From: Isurus oxyrinchus
Lineage: Eukaryota
Reading direction: 5' to 3'
Assembly: GCA_026770705.1 (NCBI GenBank)
Contig: JANJGN010000021.1
Location: 99,076,001-99,140,000 of the forward strand
Length of the DNA: 64,000 nt
Part shown: one piece after another, positions 38,867 through 52,386 of the stretch
Position numbering within the stretch: the first letter of the stretch is position 1
How the letters are laid out: every line of letters begins with the position of its first letter
Translations under genes and position numbers: made by a program
Notes under the pieces: generated by a model
What the model saw: the letters and a program-made list of their open reading frames with translations, nothing else
What the model was told of the DNA's origin: nothing
Databases searched by the model: none

Positions 38867-39475
38867 GAATACTGTGGCTGCAAGGGACTAGGAATTGTGC
38901 GATGAGTAACCTACCTCCTGACTCTCCAAAGCCTTTCCACCATCCACAAGGTACAAGTCAGGAGTGTGATGGAATACTCCCCATTTGCCTGGATGAGTGC
39001 AGCTCCCACAACACTCAAGAAGCTTGACACCATCCAGCACAAAGCAGCCTGCTTGATTGGCACCATGCCCTTAAACATTTACTCCCTCCACCACTGACGT
39101 ACAGTAGCAGCAGTGTGTACCATCTACAAGGTGTACTGCAGGAACTCACCAAGTCTCTTAGACGCCACCTTCCATACCCATGACCTCTACCGTGCAGAAC
39201 AAGGGAGCAGAGACATGGTTAACGCCACCTCCTGAAAGATGTCCTCCCAAGTGGCACACACTATCCTGATTTGGAAAAATATCCCTGTTCCTTCACTGTC
39301 ACTGGGTGAAAATCCTGGAACCCCCTCCCGATCTGCACTGTGGGTGTACTTGCACCATATGGACTGCAGCGGTTCAGGAAGCCAGCTCACCACCACCTTC
39401 TCAAGGGCAATTAGGGATGGGCACTGAATGCTGGCTGAGCCAACGAAGCCCACATCTCGTGAATGAATAAAGAAA
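38867..39475 (+). mobile_element. HER1-like LINE 3' fragment
   Basis: MEYSPFAWMSAAPTTLKKL and shared 3' tail. Confidence 0.85.
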
Positions 39476-39698
39476 AACTCTCACACTCAAGGACACACAT
39501 ACACACATATTCTTACGAATGTACAGCTAGAGATGTACATATATGGATATTGATACAGTATGAGATAAACATCAGTAGATACACAGATATAGATACAATA
39601 TTAGATACATATCAGTAAACACACAGATATACAAACATAACTAATGTACAGAGATAGATGTACACTCACAGATATAGGTACGACAATACACACAAAGT

Positions 39699-39729
<31 letters not shown>

Positions 39730-41891
39730 ACACACATACATTAATGGAGAGGTACAGATGTGCACAAACAGATATAGATACAAAGTTGAGACATGAATAT
39801 ACACACAAATACACATAAACACACACCTACAGTGAAAGAGATGTATAAATACGTATAGCTACAAAGTTAGACATATCCAGATACACATACGCAAATTAAT
39901 GTACAAGGAGATATGTACACAGATGTCTAGATTCATCAGTATACATACACACAGAAAGTCATGTAGTCAGGTACAGGAACAGTGCCCCTTATTTGCATTT
40001 GCAATAACAGAGGCACATTCAATGTTTGTCATTACTGGACATCACTGCATTGGGCCTTGCCCGATGTGTACACACGTGCACTGCCATGACAAAACCCAGA
40101 AGCTGCTGTATCACACCCCACTGCCCTGTTCAATTTATAATTTACAAATAGAATTCTCATTAAATAAGACAACACAAACATTTCCTCAAAATGTAACAGC
40201 AACCTCTGTGCCTGAGGGTCACTGTCACAAAGGGGGAGAGGGGGAGATAAAGATGTCCACTCTGCAAGAGCTGCCACCCTAATGCCCCCTGCATCTTCCC
40301 CGTACCCGTGTCCTGCCCCCACTTGTGACAGAGACACGCCCAGCAGCTGATAACTCCTCACTGGGGAGCTGCTGACCAGAAGCTGCATCCACTCGAGGTC
40401 CAGCTGCTGTCTCGTGGTCCTGCTCTGTTTCTGTACTTGGAGCTGTCAGGAGTGGCTCTATTGGGGTTATTTGTGACACTGCAATGCTGAAGGTGCAACA
40501 TGGGGCAGGAGAGACAGTGTCACTTCACCTGCCCTCCCACCCAGGGTGCTCACCCTCCTGTTTGTCTGGATGTCACTCCCCTTGCCTGTCCAGCTCAGTT
40601 AGCATCTCACTTCCCTCTGTGACCCAGGGCTCAGTGTATTCTCCAGGTTCCCTTTCAACCCCCTGGGCTGCTCTCACTGACTCACCACCACCTCCAGCTG
40701 CTGTGTCCAAAGACAGCACCTGTCAGGAGAAAACATTTACAATGAGGATTCACCTTCCTTTGTCACATCACAGAAGCTCGTGTGCTCAGACCTGGTTTAA
40801 ACATCCAGCTGCTGACACTCACCTTTCCTCACTCCAATATCTGCTTGGTCACCACTCAGTGAAGTATTACTGATTCCCAGCAGCTGTCTGACCCTCTCTT
40901 CATCCTCATTCAGATCCTTCAGAAAGACCACTCCACCCGTGGGTAATGAACACTGCCGGACATTATGACCCATCTCATTCTAAACAGACATGTCAAATAA
41001 AGAGCACTTTGTGTATCTTTGTTGGACTGGGTAAGACTTGTTGGGTAGTTTGGGGACAATTTCACACCCTCACGGTGTCGGGTGCAGAGAAGGGATCTTT
41101 ACAAACACTGAGGGTGAATTTTTCTCTGCCCGCTGGCATCGGGTGTGTTCAGCAGCGTGTGGACAATATGATGAGACAGCCACAAATCAGTTTTACGATG
41201 TTGTGAAATCAGTTTGCAATCGTCCGCTCTGCCTGTCAATGTCTGGTCACATTTCCCACTGTTGGGTGTTGGGAACCTCATTGTAATACATCCATGTATC
41301 ATTATAAGGCCAGCCGCCAGACTCAATCCCACCCGCGGACAGTCCGAGACTGTCACTGTAGAACACGTCTTGACAAGTGTGACGTGCAGAAGTCGGGACT
41401 CACTGCCAGGGCCTTTCTCACATTGCGGACACCGGAGGAACTGAAGATGCTGGAGTCTGACAGCAACAGGATCCTGGAGGAACGTCCACGGGAAGCTGGG
41501 TGGATTCTCATGGACATGGCTCCACCGTGAAGCAGCTCACAGAAGGTGGAAAGTCACTGTTGACGGTCTGATCACAACAGATGATGGTCGAGGGGGTGAA
41601 AAAGCAGGTCCAGCTGTGTTTGGGAGAAGGAGATGGACCGGAAGGTCTAGGATTGACTGGGAGAGGAAGAGGTGTTGTGAGGGTGAGGTTATGGAGGTGA
41701 ATGAAGGTGTTGGGGGGTGAGGTTGGGAGGGGGGGAACGAAGGTGTCTGGTGGGGGGGAGTTTTGTGGGGAAGGGACTACAGGGGGGAAGTGGGGGTAAC
41801 GGAGAAGACAGCAACTGGGGAGGCCGGTATAAGGGAGGTGGATTGTGAAAGGGAGGGAGTTCAGAGTCGGGGAGGAATCGAGAGAAGTGAA

Positions 41892-42215
41892 GGAGTGCGG
41901 GGAGAGGAAGGAGAGCAGAGAGGGGATGGAGTTCGGAGGGGGAACGGAGTGTGGGGAGAGGAAGGAGAGCAGAGAGGGGATGAAGTTCAGAGGGGGGATG
42001 GAGTGCGGGGAGAGGAAGGAGAGCAGAGAGGGGATGGAGTTCGGAGGGGGAATGGAGTGTGGGGAGAGGAAGGAGAGCAGAGAGGGGATGAAGTTCAGAG
42101 GGGGGATGGAGTGCGGGGAGAGGAAGGAGAGCAGAGAGGGGATGAAGTTCAGAGGGGGGATAGAGTGCAGGGAGAGGAAGGAGAGCAGAGAGGGGATGGA
42201 GTTCGGAGAGGGGAA
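41892..42215. repeat. 54-bp purine-rich minisatellite (~6 units)
   Basis: ggagtg(c/t)ggggagaggaaggagagcagagaggggatg(g/a)agttc(g/a)gagggg. Confidence 0.9.
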
Positions 42216-43079
42216 TGTCCAGGTGAATGTGCAAGAGAGAACTCTGATAAGTCCGTGATGGCCTCCTGGGCAGCGAACTGAGGGTAGGTGTGATATGAGG
42301 GAATGGTGAGAGTGACCGAGAGCAGAGTGAGGCAGTAGGGTGGGTGGGTGAGGGTTCGACGGTAGTGTAGAAGGGGCAAAGCAAGGGAGGTTGGTGGGGA
42401 CCCAGAGGCCAGTCCTTGGGGGTGGGAAGGAGGAGGTCAGGGGGGTGAATGTGGATGGGGGTAGGATTTTTGGGAAGGAAGGGAACATGCACATTCACCT
42501 GGACATTCCCGAAGGAAAAGGGTTGTGGCTGGTACGTCACGGAGGAGAGGAGGAAAGTGATGCCAGAGGGTTGACAGTGATGGGGGAAAGGAAATGGGAG
42601 GGGAAAGGACAGAAGAGCAAAGGAAAAACTGTAGCAGCACCGTGCTGGCTAAAGCGAAAGTGAAACCAGAGTGGTGATGGGTGAGATCAGGTGTTGTATG
42701 GGAGTGTGGTCAGTGGGTGGGCGGAGATACAGGTCGGCTCAGATGGACACCTGAGAGAGAACCCCAGCAGCAGCATTGAAAATGCTCGGGACAGTAAGTG
42801 TGATGGATGAAAGATCTGTGTGTGTGGGAGCGAGTTTGCACGAGGCTCTGATAGGCCATGTCACACACACACTTCTCCCTCCAGGATCACTCACTGTCCG
42901 TCTGTGTGCAGCTGAACTGTTAGTGGGGGGTGGGTGAGGGGCAGGGGGTGTGGGATGCAGTGGGAGGACTCGGGAAGCCTGTCAATGAAGCTGAAAGACA
43001 CCATTACACATTACACAGTGAAAATGAATATATTTTCAGATTGTAAAGTGACAAATTGTGTTCACCCGTACAACCAGCT

Positions 43080-44490
43080 GCGATCAGAATTGCTTAACTT
43101 TTGAATGCCTTAGACTTCTAGGTGCTGCCCTGACATCCGCAGCAGGGGTGGAGACAGCCTGTGGCAATGGTCGGCCCTGTGGCCTCTGATGCCTTCAGTA
43201 TGGGTCCTCTGGAGAGCCAAGGCATTGAGGGCCTGGGCTTGCTCTGGCTGTCCTCCTGTGGACCTGCTGCTCCCTGTGCAGTGACAGAGGACGAGGTTGA
43301 AGACCTCATAGGCAAAGGAGACTCGGAGGGAGAGGACAGCCTCTGAGATCCCTGGATGGATGTCAGCTGCTGCTCCTCCTCCGTTTGGGTGTCTGAGGGC
43401 CCCGGCCTGGTTCCTGGAGGGGAAGGAGCACCTGGCGGGACCTCATGGTGCCTCATTTCCCTCTCGTGTTGCCACTGCAGGAACTCACCCATGGCTCCCC
43501 CAAGGATGGCAGGTCAGCACAATCTCTTGATGGACCAGGGTCTGCCAAACTCCCCATGGAGGCCTCTATATGCGCACATGTGGGCACCACTTCATCAGAG
43601 AGCAGGTAGATGCACTCCTCCGACTCGTGTGCCACTTTGTTGAGGGCTTCCAACAGCTCTGCATGATGTTCCCACGCCTTCTGCTGACTCTCCACGATGA
43701 GTTGGAAGGCCAAATCCACAGGTTCATCATCTGACTCGGGCCTCACAGATGCCTCTCCCCCAGCAGTCCTCTGAGTGCCGGGGAGCTTGGCTGAACCTGC
43801 CTCCTCCTGCTGCAGACACATGTCCGTGTGGTGACCACCAGAATGTGAACCTGAACCTGCTCTAGATCTGGGTCCCACCGAGGTCTGTGTCTCTGTGCTG
43901 GTGCAGGGTGTGGGTAAGCGCTGTGATGGGTCATCCAGGCTGCTTATTTCCAGCTCTTCAATGGAGGAGGTGTCCTCTTGGCTGGAGGTGAGGACCTGGA
44001 TGGAGCTGAGGGACTGGCTGGCTGAGGGTGTCGGTCACTGGGCAGAGCTCCCTGTGAACCAAAGTAGAGATAGTTAGTGCATGGCAGCAGAGTGAAAAGC
44101 AGGAGAGAGAGAGAGAGCTCTCACAGTTGTGTTGAGAGAGGATGATGTGGTGTAGGATCCACATGGAGGGTGTTCGCCTCTGGCCTCACTGTCACCACAG
44201 GCAGGGTCCACATTCTCACCAGTCAGCACGATGACACACTCCTCAAAGTGAGTGAGGGACCTAATGTGGGCCACTCCTCCCCCAGTCTGGAACCTCTCCC
44301 TGATGATGTCAGCCAGCTTCTCCTGCCTGAAAACAGATGGAGAGTGTGTGAACAGGATGCATGGCACTGCCTGGAACGTTTGTGTGGTGAGCGGAGGCAT
44401 GGACAGGATGAGCACATGAGCTCCATAGGCTATGAGCCTGATGGGGATGTGAGGGTGTGTGTGAGAGTTAGTGGTGTTGTCCCTTGAGGT
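43080..44490 (-). mobile_element. Harbinger Myb/SANT accessory-gene remnant
   Basis: Homologous to 55700-57150 (QEKLA..ER.QTGGG; ESDDEP.D). Confidence 0.65.
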
Positions 44491-44494
44491 CTTG

Positions 44495-47400
44495 CATCAA
44501 GAATTCAGGGAGTTAGGCAGCAGACTAAAAAGCAAGACCTCTAAGGTTGTAATCTCTGCATGACTCCCAGTGCCACGTGTAGGTGAGCTCAGAAATAGGA
44601 GAAAGCACAGATGAATACATGGCTTAAGAGTTGGTGCAGGAGGGAGGGTTTTAGATTCCTGGATCACTGAGATTGTTTCTGGGGAAGGTGGGACCTGCAC
44701 AAGCCGGATGGTCTACAACTGAACCAGAACAGGACTAACATCCTTGAGGGCGGGTTCGCTAGTGCTGTTGGGAGGAGTTTAAACTAATTCAGCAGGGAGA
44801 GGGGACTCAGAATGTCAGCAGAATAGGGACATATCATAATACAGTAAAACAATCAAGTTAGAGGGAGTACAGCTGCAATAAGCTTCAAGGGAGTAAGGCA
44901 AGGCTGGATGGCCTCTATTCTAATGCCAGGAGTATTACAGGTAAAATAGATGAGTTAAGGATGAGGATTGACACTTGGAATTGTGATATAGGAGCCAACA
45001 CTGAGACTTAGCAGAGGGAGGGGCAGGATTGGAAGCTCAATATTCCGGGATATAGAATCTTCAGGCAAGACAGGGGAGGGGGTAAAAGAGGAGGAGGCAT
45101 TGCATTGTTAGTTAAGGAGTCAGTTACTGCAGTAAGGAGAGATGATATCTTGGAGGGGGCATCGAATGAAGTTTTGTGGGTAGAGCTTAGGAATAAAAAA
45201 GGGGCAGCCACATTGTTAGGTGTTTATTATAGACCCCCAGATAGTCAGTGGGAAATTCTGGAACAAATATGTGCACATTTTGTGGAGGTGTGTAAAAACA
45301 ATAACAATAGGATAATGATATTAGGTGATTTCAACTTTCCCAACATTAATTGGTATAGACATAATGTTAAAGGCTTGGATGGAGTGAATTTCTTGAAATG
45401 TGTACAGGAAAACTTTTTGGGTCAATATGTCGAGGGTCCAACAAGGTATGGCGCAGTGCTGGACCTAATTCTGGGGAATGAAGCTGGACAGGTGGTTGAG
45501 GTGGTAGTGGGTGAGCATTTTAGTGATAGCGACCACCACATGGTACAGTTTAAGTTTGTCATGGACGAAGAAATTGACAAGTTGCAAAAAAATGTTTTGG
45601 ATTGGGGGAGAGTGGATTTTCATAAAATAAGGCAGAGTCTGGCCAAGGTAGACTGGGAACTGCTACTTGTGGGGAAATCTACAGAGGAGCAGTGGGGGGC
45701 GTTCAAAAAGGAAATGGAGAGGGTAGAGGCTCAACATGTTCCCCCTAAGGTGATAGGAAGGAGTAACAAGCCCAGAGAACCATGGATGACCAGAGATATT
45801 CAGGTTACGGTGAGAAAGAAAAAAGAGGCTTTTAGCAGATACAAGGGAAGCAAATCAGCAGAGGCATTAGTGGAGTACGATAAGTGCAGGGTGGAGCTTA
45901 AGAAAGCAATTAGGAGAGCAATGAAAACATGAGAAAGCTCTGGCTGGTAAAAGTAGGGAAAATCCCAAGATATTTTATAAATATATCAATGGGAAGAGGG
46001 TAACCAGGGATAAGGTAGGGCCCATAAGGGACCAAGGGGGAAATCTATGGGTGGAGACAGAGGACATCGCTAGAGTGTTGAATGAATACTTCACATCCGT
46101 CTTCACCCAAGAGAATGAGGATGAAGCTATCGAACTCGGGGAGAAAGACTGCGAGGTTCTTAATCAAATTGATATGGAAAGTGACAAAGTATCGGAGGTG
46201 TTGGCAGGCTTAAAAGTGGACAACTCTCCAGGTCCAGGTGATTTGTGTCCCAGACTGCTGAGGGAGGCAAGGGAGGAGATCGCAGGGGCTCTGATCCAAA
46301 TTTTTAATTCCTCTCTGGCCATGGGGGAGGTGCCAGAGGACTGGAAAACCTCTATTGCAGTTCCAATATTTAAGAAGCGTTGTAGATATAAGCCAGGGAA
46401 CAACAGGCCAGGGAGTCTCACGCTAGCGGTAGGGAAACTATTGGAGAAAGTTCTGAAGGAGAGTATCTATCTCCACTTGGAGAGGTAAGGTTTGATCAGG
46501 GATTGTGAACATGGCTTTGTCAGAGGGAGGCCATGCCTAACAAATTTGATTGAATTTTTTGAGGACGTGACCAGGTGTGTAGATGAGGGTAGTGCAGTTG
46601 ATGTAGTTTATATGGATTTCAGAAAAACCTTTGACAAGGTCCCACATGAGGGACCTATGAAGAAGGCAAAGGCACATTGGATACAGGGTAATTTGATAAG
46701 GTGGATACAAAATTGGCTTAGTTGTAGGAGGCAGAGGGTGATGATAGAAGGATGCTTTAGTGACTGGAAGCCAGTGTGTAGAGGTGTACCTCAGGGATCT
46801 GTGCTCGGTCCCCTATTATTTGTCATTTAAATAAACAACATAGATGACTATGTTGGGGTTAGGATTAGTAAGTTTGCAGATGACACAAAGATTGGCCGGG
46901 TGTTTAATAGTGACATTGAGTATCTTGGGCTACAGGAAGATATAGACAGGATGGTCAAATGGGGAGATAATTGGCAGATGGAATTTAACCCTGAAAAGTG
47001 TGAGGTGATACACTTTGGAAGGAGTAATTTGACAAGGAAGTATTGAATGAACGGCATGACACTAGGAAGTTCTGAGGAACAAAGGGACCTTGGCATGTGT
47101 GTCTATAGATCTCCGAAGGCGGAGGGGCATGTTAGTGGGGTGGTGAAAAAGGCATATAGGGCACTTGGCTTTATCAATCGAGGCATAGATTACAAAAGTA
47201 GGGAGGTCATGTTGGAGTTGTATAGAACCTTGGTGAGGCAACAGCTGGAGTACTGTGTGCATTCTAGTTGCCACATTATAGGAAGGATGTGATTGCACTG
47301 GAGGGGGTGCAGAGGAGATTCACCAGGATGTTGCCTGGGATGAAACTTTAAAGCTAGTGAGAGAGGTTAGATAGACTTGGGTTCTTTTGGTTGGAGCAGA

Positions 47401-47800
47401 GAAGACTGAGGGGTGACCTGATCGAGGTGTACAAGATTATGAGGAGCATGGAAAGGGTGGATAGGGAGCAGCTGTTCCCCTTAGTTGAAGGGTCAGTCAC
47501 AAGGGGACATAAGTTCAAGTTGAGGGGCAGGAGGTTTAGGGAAGATATGAAGAAAAACTTTTTTACCCAGACAGTAGTGACGGTCTGGAATGCACTGCCT
47601 GGGAGGGTGGTGGAGGCGGGTTGCCTCACATCCTTTAAAAAGTACCTGGATGAGCACTTGGCACGTCATAACATTCAAGGCTATGGACCAAATGCTGGTA
47701 AATGATATTAGGACGGTAGGTCAGGTGTTTCTCACGTGTTGGTGCAGACTAGATGGCCGAAGGGCCTCTTCTGCACTGTGAGATTCTGTGATCCTGTGAT
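44495..47800 (+). mobile_element. CR1 LINE (ORF1 end + ORF2 remnant)
   Basis: ORFs 45105-45932, 46051-46830, 47391-47705 with EN/RT motifs; terminal (attctgtg)-like repeat. Confidence 0.93.
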
Positions 47801-48885
47801 ATCAGTGATGAGTCTAACGGGTACAATAACATGCTATACACTGCAACAACAGGTTCAAACACTGACCATGTGCAGCAAATAGATAGCCCCGCTTGGTGGG
47901 AAGACCTATGGAATTGGGGTTTGAATATACAGGTACACCCAGTGATGAGGATCATCTCCCATGTTTTGGGTATCAGCCAGTTGGTGTTGGTTCTATGCTA
48001 ACCATACTTGCTTTATCACACCAGGAGGACACATGAACAGCTGTGCACGCGGCTGAACTTTAAATATGGTGTCCATTGTGATGAAGCAGCGAGGTGATGG
48101 CATGGCGGACGAATGAGACCTGCCCACCATCCAAACGGCCTGTTTCCCAGGAATACATAATTAATGAGGCAGGATTGGGATGATACAGTGTGAAAAGCCA
48201 CCATTGCTGCCAGTGGGTAAAATGTCCTTTTTCCCACCCACTACTGCACCTAGTGTCAAATCTGGGATGGTTCTGCCCTCAGTGAGTGTGTCTCCAATGG
48301 CAACTGAATTGTACCAACACTTGATATCATCCACCCCTGACCAACCCATAAACCCATTAACAGGATCTTCACTTCATTACTCATTAAATCTTCAATGAAA
48401 ATTTAAATAATAAAAACTGCAAGAACTCTACAAACCCTGTCAGATTGTGTGAACTCATTCCATTTCTTTCAACATTGCTGTGCAGACCATGGAACAGTGC
48501 AGTTAGCAGTCACACTCTCTGTCACCTCCTTCCACACCAAGACACTAACTTTACTCGGTAACCCACACTTCTCATTACTGAGACACTGGAGAGACTTCAC
48601 CTGCACCTCACTGGCAAATGTGTTGAAGTTTGATTCACTAAAGTTATGACATATCTTCCTCTTGTCTGTCTTTTGCTCTGTCATCTTCTTGTCTGTAAAC
48701 AAGTGAATAAACGCTGATGGAAGCAGTGAATGATGCTGACATTTGGTATGAACTCACCCTGTTCACATTGAACTAAACCTCAACAACTGCCCATTCCAAG
48801 ACCCACAAGCTGCTGAGTGGATGAATTAAACCTTTCTTGTGAAATCAGTAAAGAAGAATTTAGACAAGTCAACTACTGACAATTA

Positions 48886-49454
48886 TTTATTAACAACAAA
48901 CCATAATTATCAGCATTTGTAGTGAAACATTGAGGATATAAATGTATTTTATCTCCGCAAATATATTTGAGTTATAAAATTTACAAATGTACATTATATA
49001 ACAGTGTAAATTTGACATAACAGAAAGTGCAAAATAGATCAGCTTCTATCAATATAAAATGTGTCTCTCTGAGTTGCCTCACGACATTAACTCTGTTCAA
49101 GTCAATCACTCGACCTGAACAATTTGTTGAAGATAAGAAAGTGTGAGGGAAAATCATTCCAAAAGATCCCTTCGACTGTGAGAGCCGTCACATTGTGGAT
49201 ACTGGATGGAAACGCTCCTTGAGAAAATCTCACTTGAAGAATCAGGATCCGAACCTGGTGGATTCAGGATCCACTGTTCAATCTGTGGAAGCACATTCCC
49301 AGGAAAAATAGATCTCCATCATCAAAGAACTCAGTGTAAACAATGAGCTGTGATTCTGTCTGTCTGCTGTGATATGGAAGGATGGACGATGATGTCCATG
49401 TTCACACTAGAACAAGCGAATCCAGTTATTCATCAATGAGGCTCTGGGAATGTC
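48886..49454 (-). other. Gene C terminal exon with AATAAA (48886-48891)
   Basis: ctgtag acceptor at 49455; paralogue of 27208-27776. Confidence 0.7.
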
Positions 49455-49513
49455 CTACAGTGGAACACAGTAAACCATGAGGTAAGGAATGGACAGAAAC
49501 AGGACAATCGGTT

Positions 49514-51472
49514 CAGGGTCAGGAGGGCAGTGAAATTAGTCTGACAGGTTTTAACAGTGTCTAGGAGGGTGAGAAAGGGTCGGGGGACAGTGAAATTAGT
49601 CTGACAGTTTTTAACACTGTCTGGGAGGGTGAGACAGGATCAGGAGGGCAGTGCAATTAGTCTGACAGGTCTTAACAGTGTCTGGGAGGGTGAGACAGGG
49701 TCAGGAGGGCAGTGAAATTAGTCTGACAGGTTTTAACAGTGTCTGGGAGGGTGAGACAGGGTCAGGAGGGCAGTGAAATTAGTCTGACAGGTTTTAACAT
49801 TGTCTGGGAGGGGGAGACAGGGTCAGGAGGGCAGTGAAATTAGTCTGACAGGTTTTAACAGTGTCTGGGAGGGTGAGACAGGGTCAGGAGGGCAGTGAAA
49901 TTAGTCTGACAGGTTTTAACAGTGTCTGGGAGGGTGAGACAGGATCAGGAGGGCAGTGAAATTAGTCTGACAGGTTTTAACAGTGTCTGGGAGGGGGAGA
50001 CAGGTTCAGGAGGGCAGTGAAATTAGTCTGACAGGTTTTAACAGTGTCTGGGAGGGGGAGACAGGGTCAGGAGGGCAGTGAAATTAGTCTGACAGGTTTT
50101 AACAGTGTCTGGGAGGGTGAGACAGGATCAGGAGGGCAGTGAAATTAGTCTGACAGGTTTTAACAGTGTCTGGAAGGGTGAGGCAGGGTCAGGAGGGCAG
50201 TGCAATTAGTCTGACAGGTTTAACAGTGTCTGGGAGGGGGAGACAGGGTCAGGAGGGCAGTGAAATTAGTCTGACAGGTTTTAACAGTGTCTGGGAGGGT
50301 GAGACAGGATCAGGAGGGCAGTGAAATTAGTCTGACAGGTTTAACAGTGTCTGGGAGGGTGAGACAGGGTCAGGAGGGCAGTGAAATTAGTCTGACAGGT
50401 TTAACAGTGTCTGGGAGGGTGAGACAGGGTCAGGAGGGCAGTGAAATTAATCTGACAGGTTTTAACAGTGTCTGGAAGGGTGAGACAGGGTCAGGAGGGC
50501 AGTGAAATTAGTCTGACAAGTTTAACAGTGTCTGGGAGGGTGAGACAGGGTCAGGAGGGCAGTGAAATTAGTCTGACAGGTTTTAACAGTGTCTGGGAGG
50601 GTGAGACAGGATCAGGAGGGCAGTGAAATTAGTCTGACAGGTTTTAACAGTGTCTGGAAGGGTGAGACAGGGTCAGGAGGGCAGTGAAATTAGTCTGACA
50701 GGTTTTAACAGTGTCTGGAAGGGTGAGACAGGGTCAGGAGGGCAGTGAAATTAGTCTGACAGGTTTAACAGTGTCTGGGAGGGGGAGACAGGGTCAGGAG
50801 GGCAGTGAAATTAGTCTGACAGGTTTTAACAGTGTCTGGGAGGGTGAGACAGGATCAGGAGGGCAGTGAAATTAGTCTGACAGGTTTTAACAGTGTCTGG
50901 AAGGGTGAGACAGGGTCAGGAGGGCAGTGAAATTAGTCTGACAGGTTTTAACAGTGTCTGGGAGGGGGAGACAGGGTCAGGAGGGCAGTGAAATTAGTCT
51001 GACAGGTTTTAACAGTGTCTGGGAGGGTGAGACAGGATCAGGAGGGCAGTGAAATTAGTCTGACAGGTTTTAACAGTGTCTGGGAGGGTGAGACAGGATC
51101 AGGAGGGCAGTGAAATTAGTCTGACAGGTTTAACAGTGTCTGGGAGGGTGAGACAGGATCAGGAGGGCAGTGAAATTAGTCTGACAGGTTTTAACAGTGT
51201 CTGGGAGGGTGAGACAGGATCAGGAGGGCAGTGAAATTAGTCTGACAGGTTTAACAGTGTCTGGAAGGGTGAGACAGGATCAGGAGGGCAGTGAAATTAG
51301 TCTGACAGGTTTTAACAGTGTCTGGGAGGGTGAGACAGGATCAGGAGGGCAGTGAAATTAGTCTGACAGGTTTTAACAGTGTCTGGAAGGGTGAGACAGG
51401 GTCAGGAGGGCAGTGAAATTAGTCTGACAGGTTTTAACAGTGTCTGGGAGGGTGAGACAGGGTCAGGAGGGT
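49514..51472. repeat. 61-bp minisatellite, ~32 units, last intron of C
   Basis: Same unit as 1287 and 26657. Confidence 0.97.
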
Positions 51473-51524
51473 AGTCAAAAAGTTACAACATTATCAATGG
51501 GGGAAATGTTGAAATGTCACTCAC

Positions 51525-51559
51525 GAATCTGGAGGCTTCTGGAATATAGAGATCAGAAG
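51525..51559 (-). CDS. Gene C second cytoplasmic exon (TSDLYIPEASRF, no stop)
   Basis: ctcag/gtgagt; 35 nt; TGA of the paralogues is AGA here. Confidence 0.65.
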
Positions 51560-51828
51560 CTGAGAAAAAAACGCTAAATGTAAGACATGGAATCAAATAT
51601 AAAAATTGAGAGTGTGAGATATTCTGTTTTACTCACTGGGCCAGGATTCAATCACCTCCCAGCATCAACTAAACTGAATCACACATGGTAAATGAGCACA
51701 GAGAGAGTGGAGGGTGAGGGTGTGGAGGGTGAAGGAATGTAGAGTGAGGGAGTAGAGTCTGACATTCCCCCCTATGTAACCCTGAGTTACATATTTTATT
51801 CCCAACAATCTGTCCCTCAGTCACTTAC

Positions 51829-51861
51829 TCTGAGCTGTTGTGTAGGTCACACTTGGTGAAT
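51829..51861 (-). CDS. Gene C cytoplasmic exon (DSPSVTYTTAQ)
   Basis: Identical to the gene A exon, canonical splice sites. Confidence 0.8.
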
Positions 51862-52269
51862 CTGCAGAAGCAAAATAAATGTCAGTTAGAATGGGGAATA
51901 ATCCATTATCAGAGAGTGAGAACACAACAAGTGTGAGGGAATAGAGATTGTGTAAGAAATACTCATTCCCACACATCGCTCCATCCTTACACTTTATGGA
52001 GATCCTGTCGATCTCTTCCATTCCATCAATATCCAGTGGGTGAGGATGTGAGTGTGTGTGGTGGGTTTAATGATCAATATTAGACCTGGTCTGGGCTGAT
52101 CACACAAAGGAAGGTCAGACAGGGAACAAGACATGTTTATACGTGTGTATCTGTGTGTGGGAATTAAATCAGTTCCATTCAACACAGTGTCCTGTACTCC
52201 CAGTACAGGAGGTTCCCCCAAACTCACTCTGTCTCCTCAGTTCCTCATTCCCCTCTCTCTGATTCTTAC

Positions 52270-52386
52270 CTCTCTGTTGCCTTTTCCAGATGATTATTCC
52301 GATTATCAGAAGTAGAGCAGCCAGTGCAGCGACTAATCCAAATATCATTCCAAGATGGGAGTGTCCTGCACTGTTTTCTGGGATTT
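52270..52386 (-). CDS. Gene C TM exon (EIPENSAGHSHLGMIFGLVAALAALLLIIGIIIWKRQQR in the ancestral frame)
   Basis: 117 nt, near-identical to the module D TM exon. Confidence 0.85.

Noticed and set aside
41508-42540. 328- and 283-aa Pro/Leu/Ser-rich ORFs
   Set aside because: Produced by the 54-bp repeat and purine-rich low complexity
49514-51472. CRISPR-like regular array
   Set aside because: Head-to-tail units with no unique spacers, no cas genes, vertebrate context
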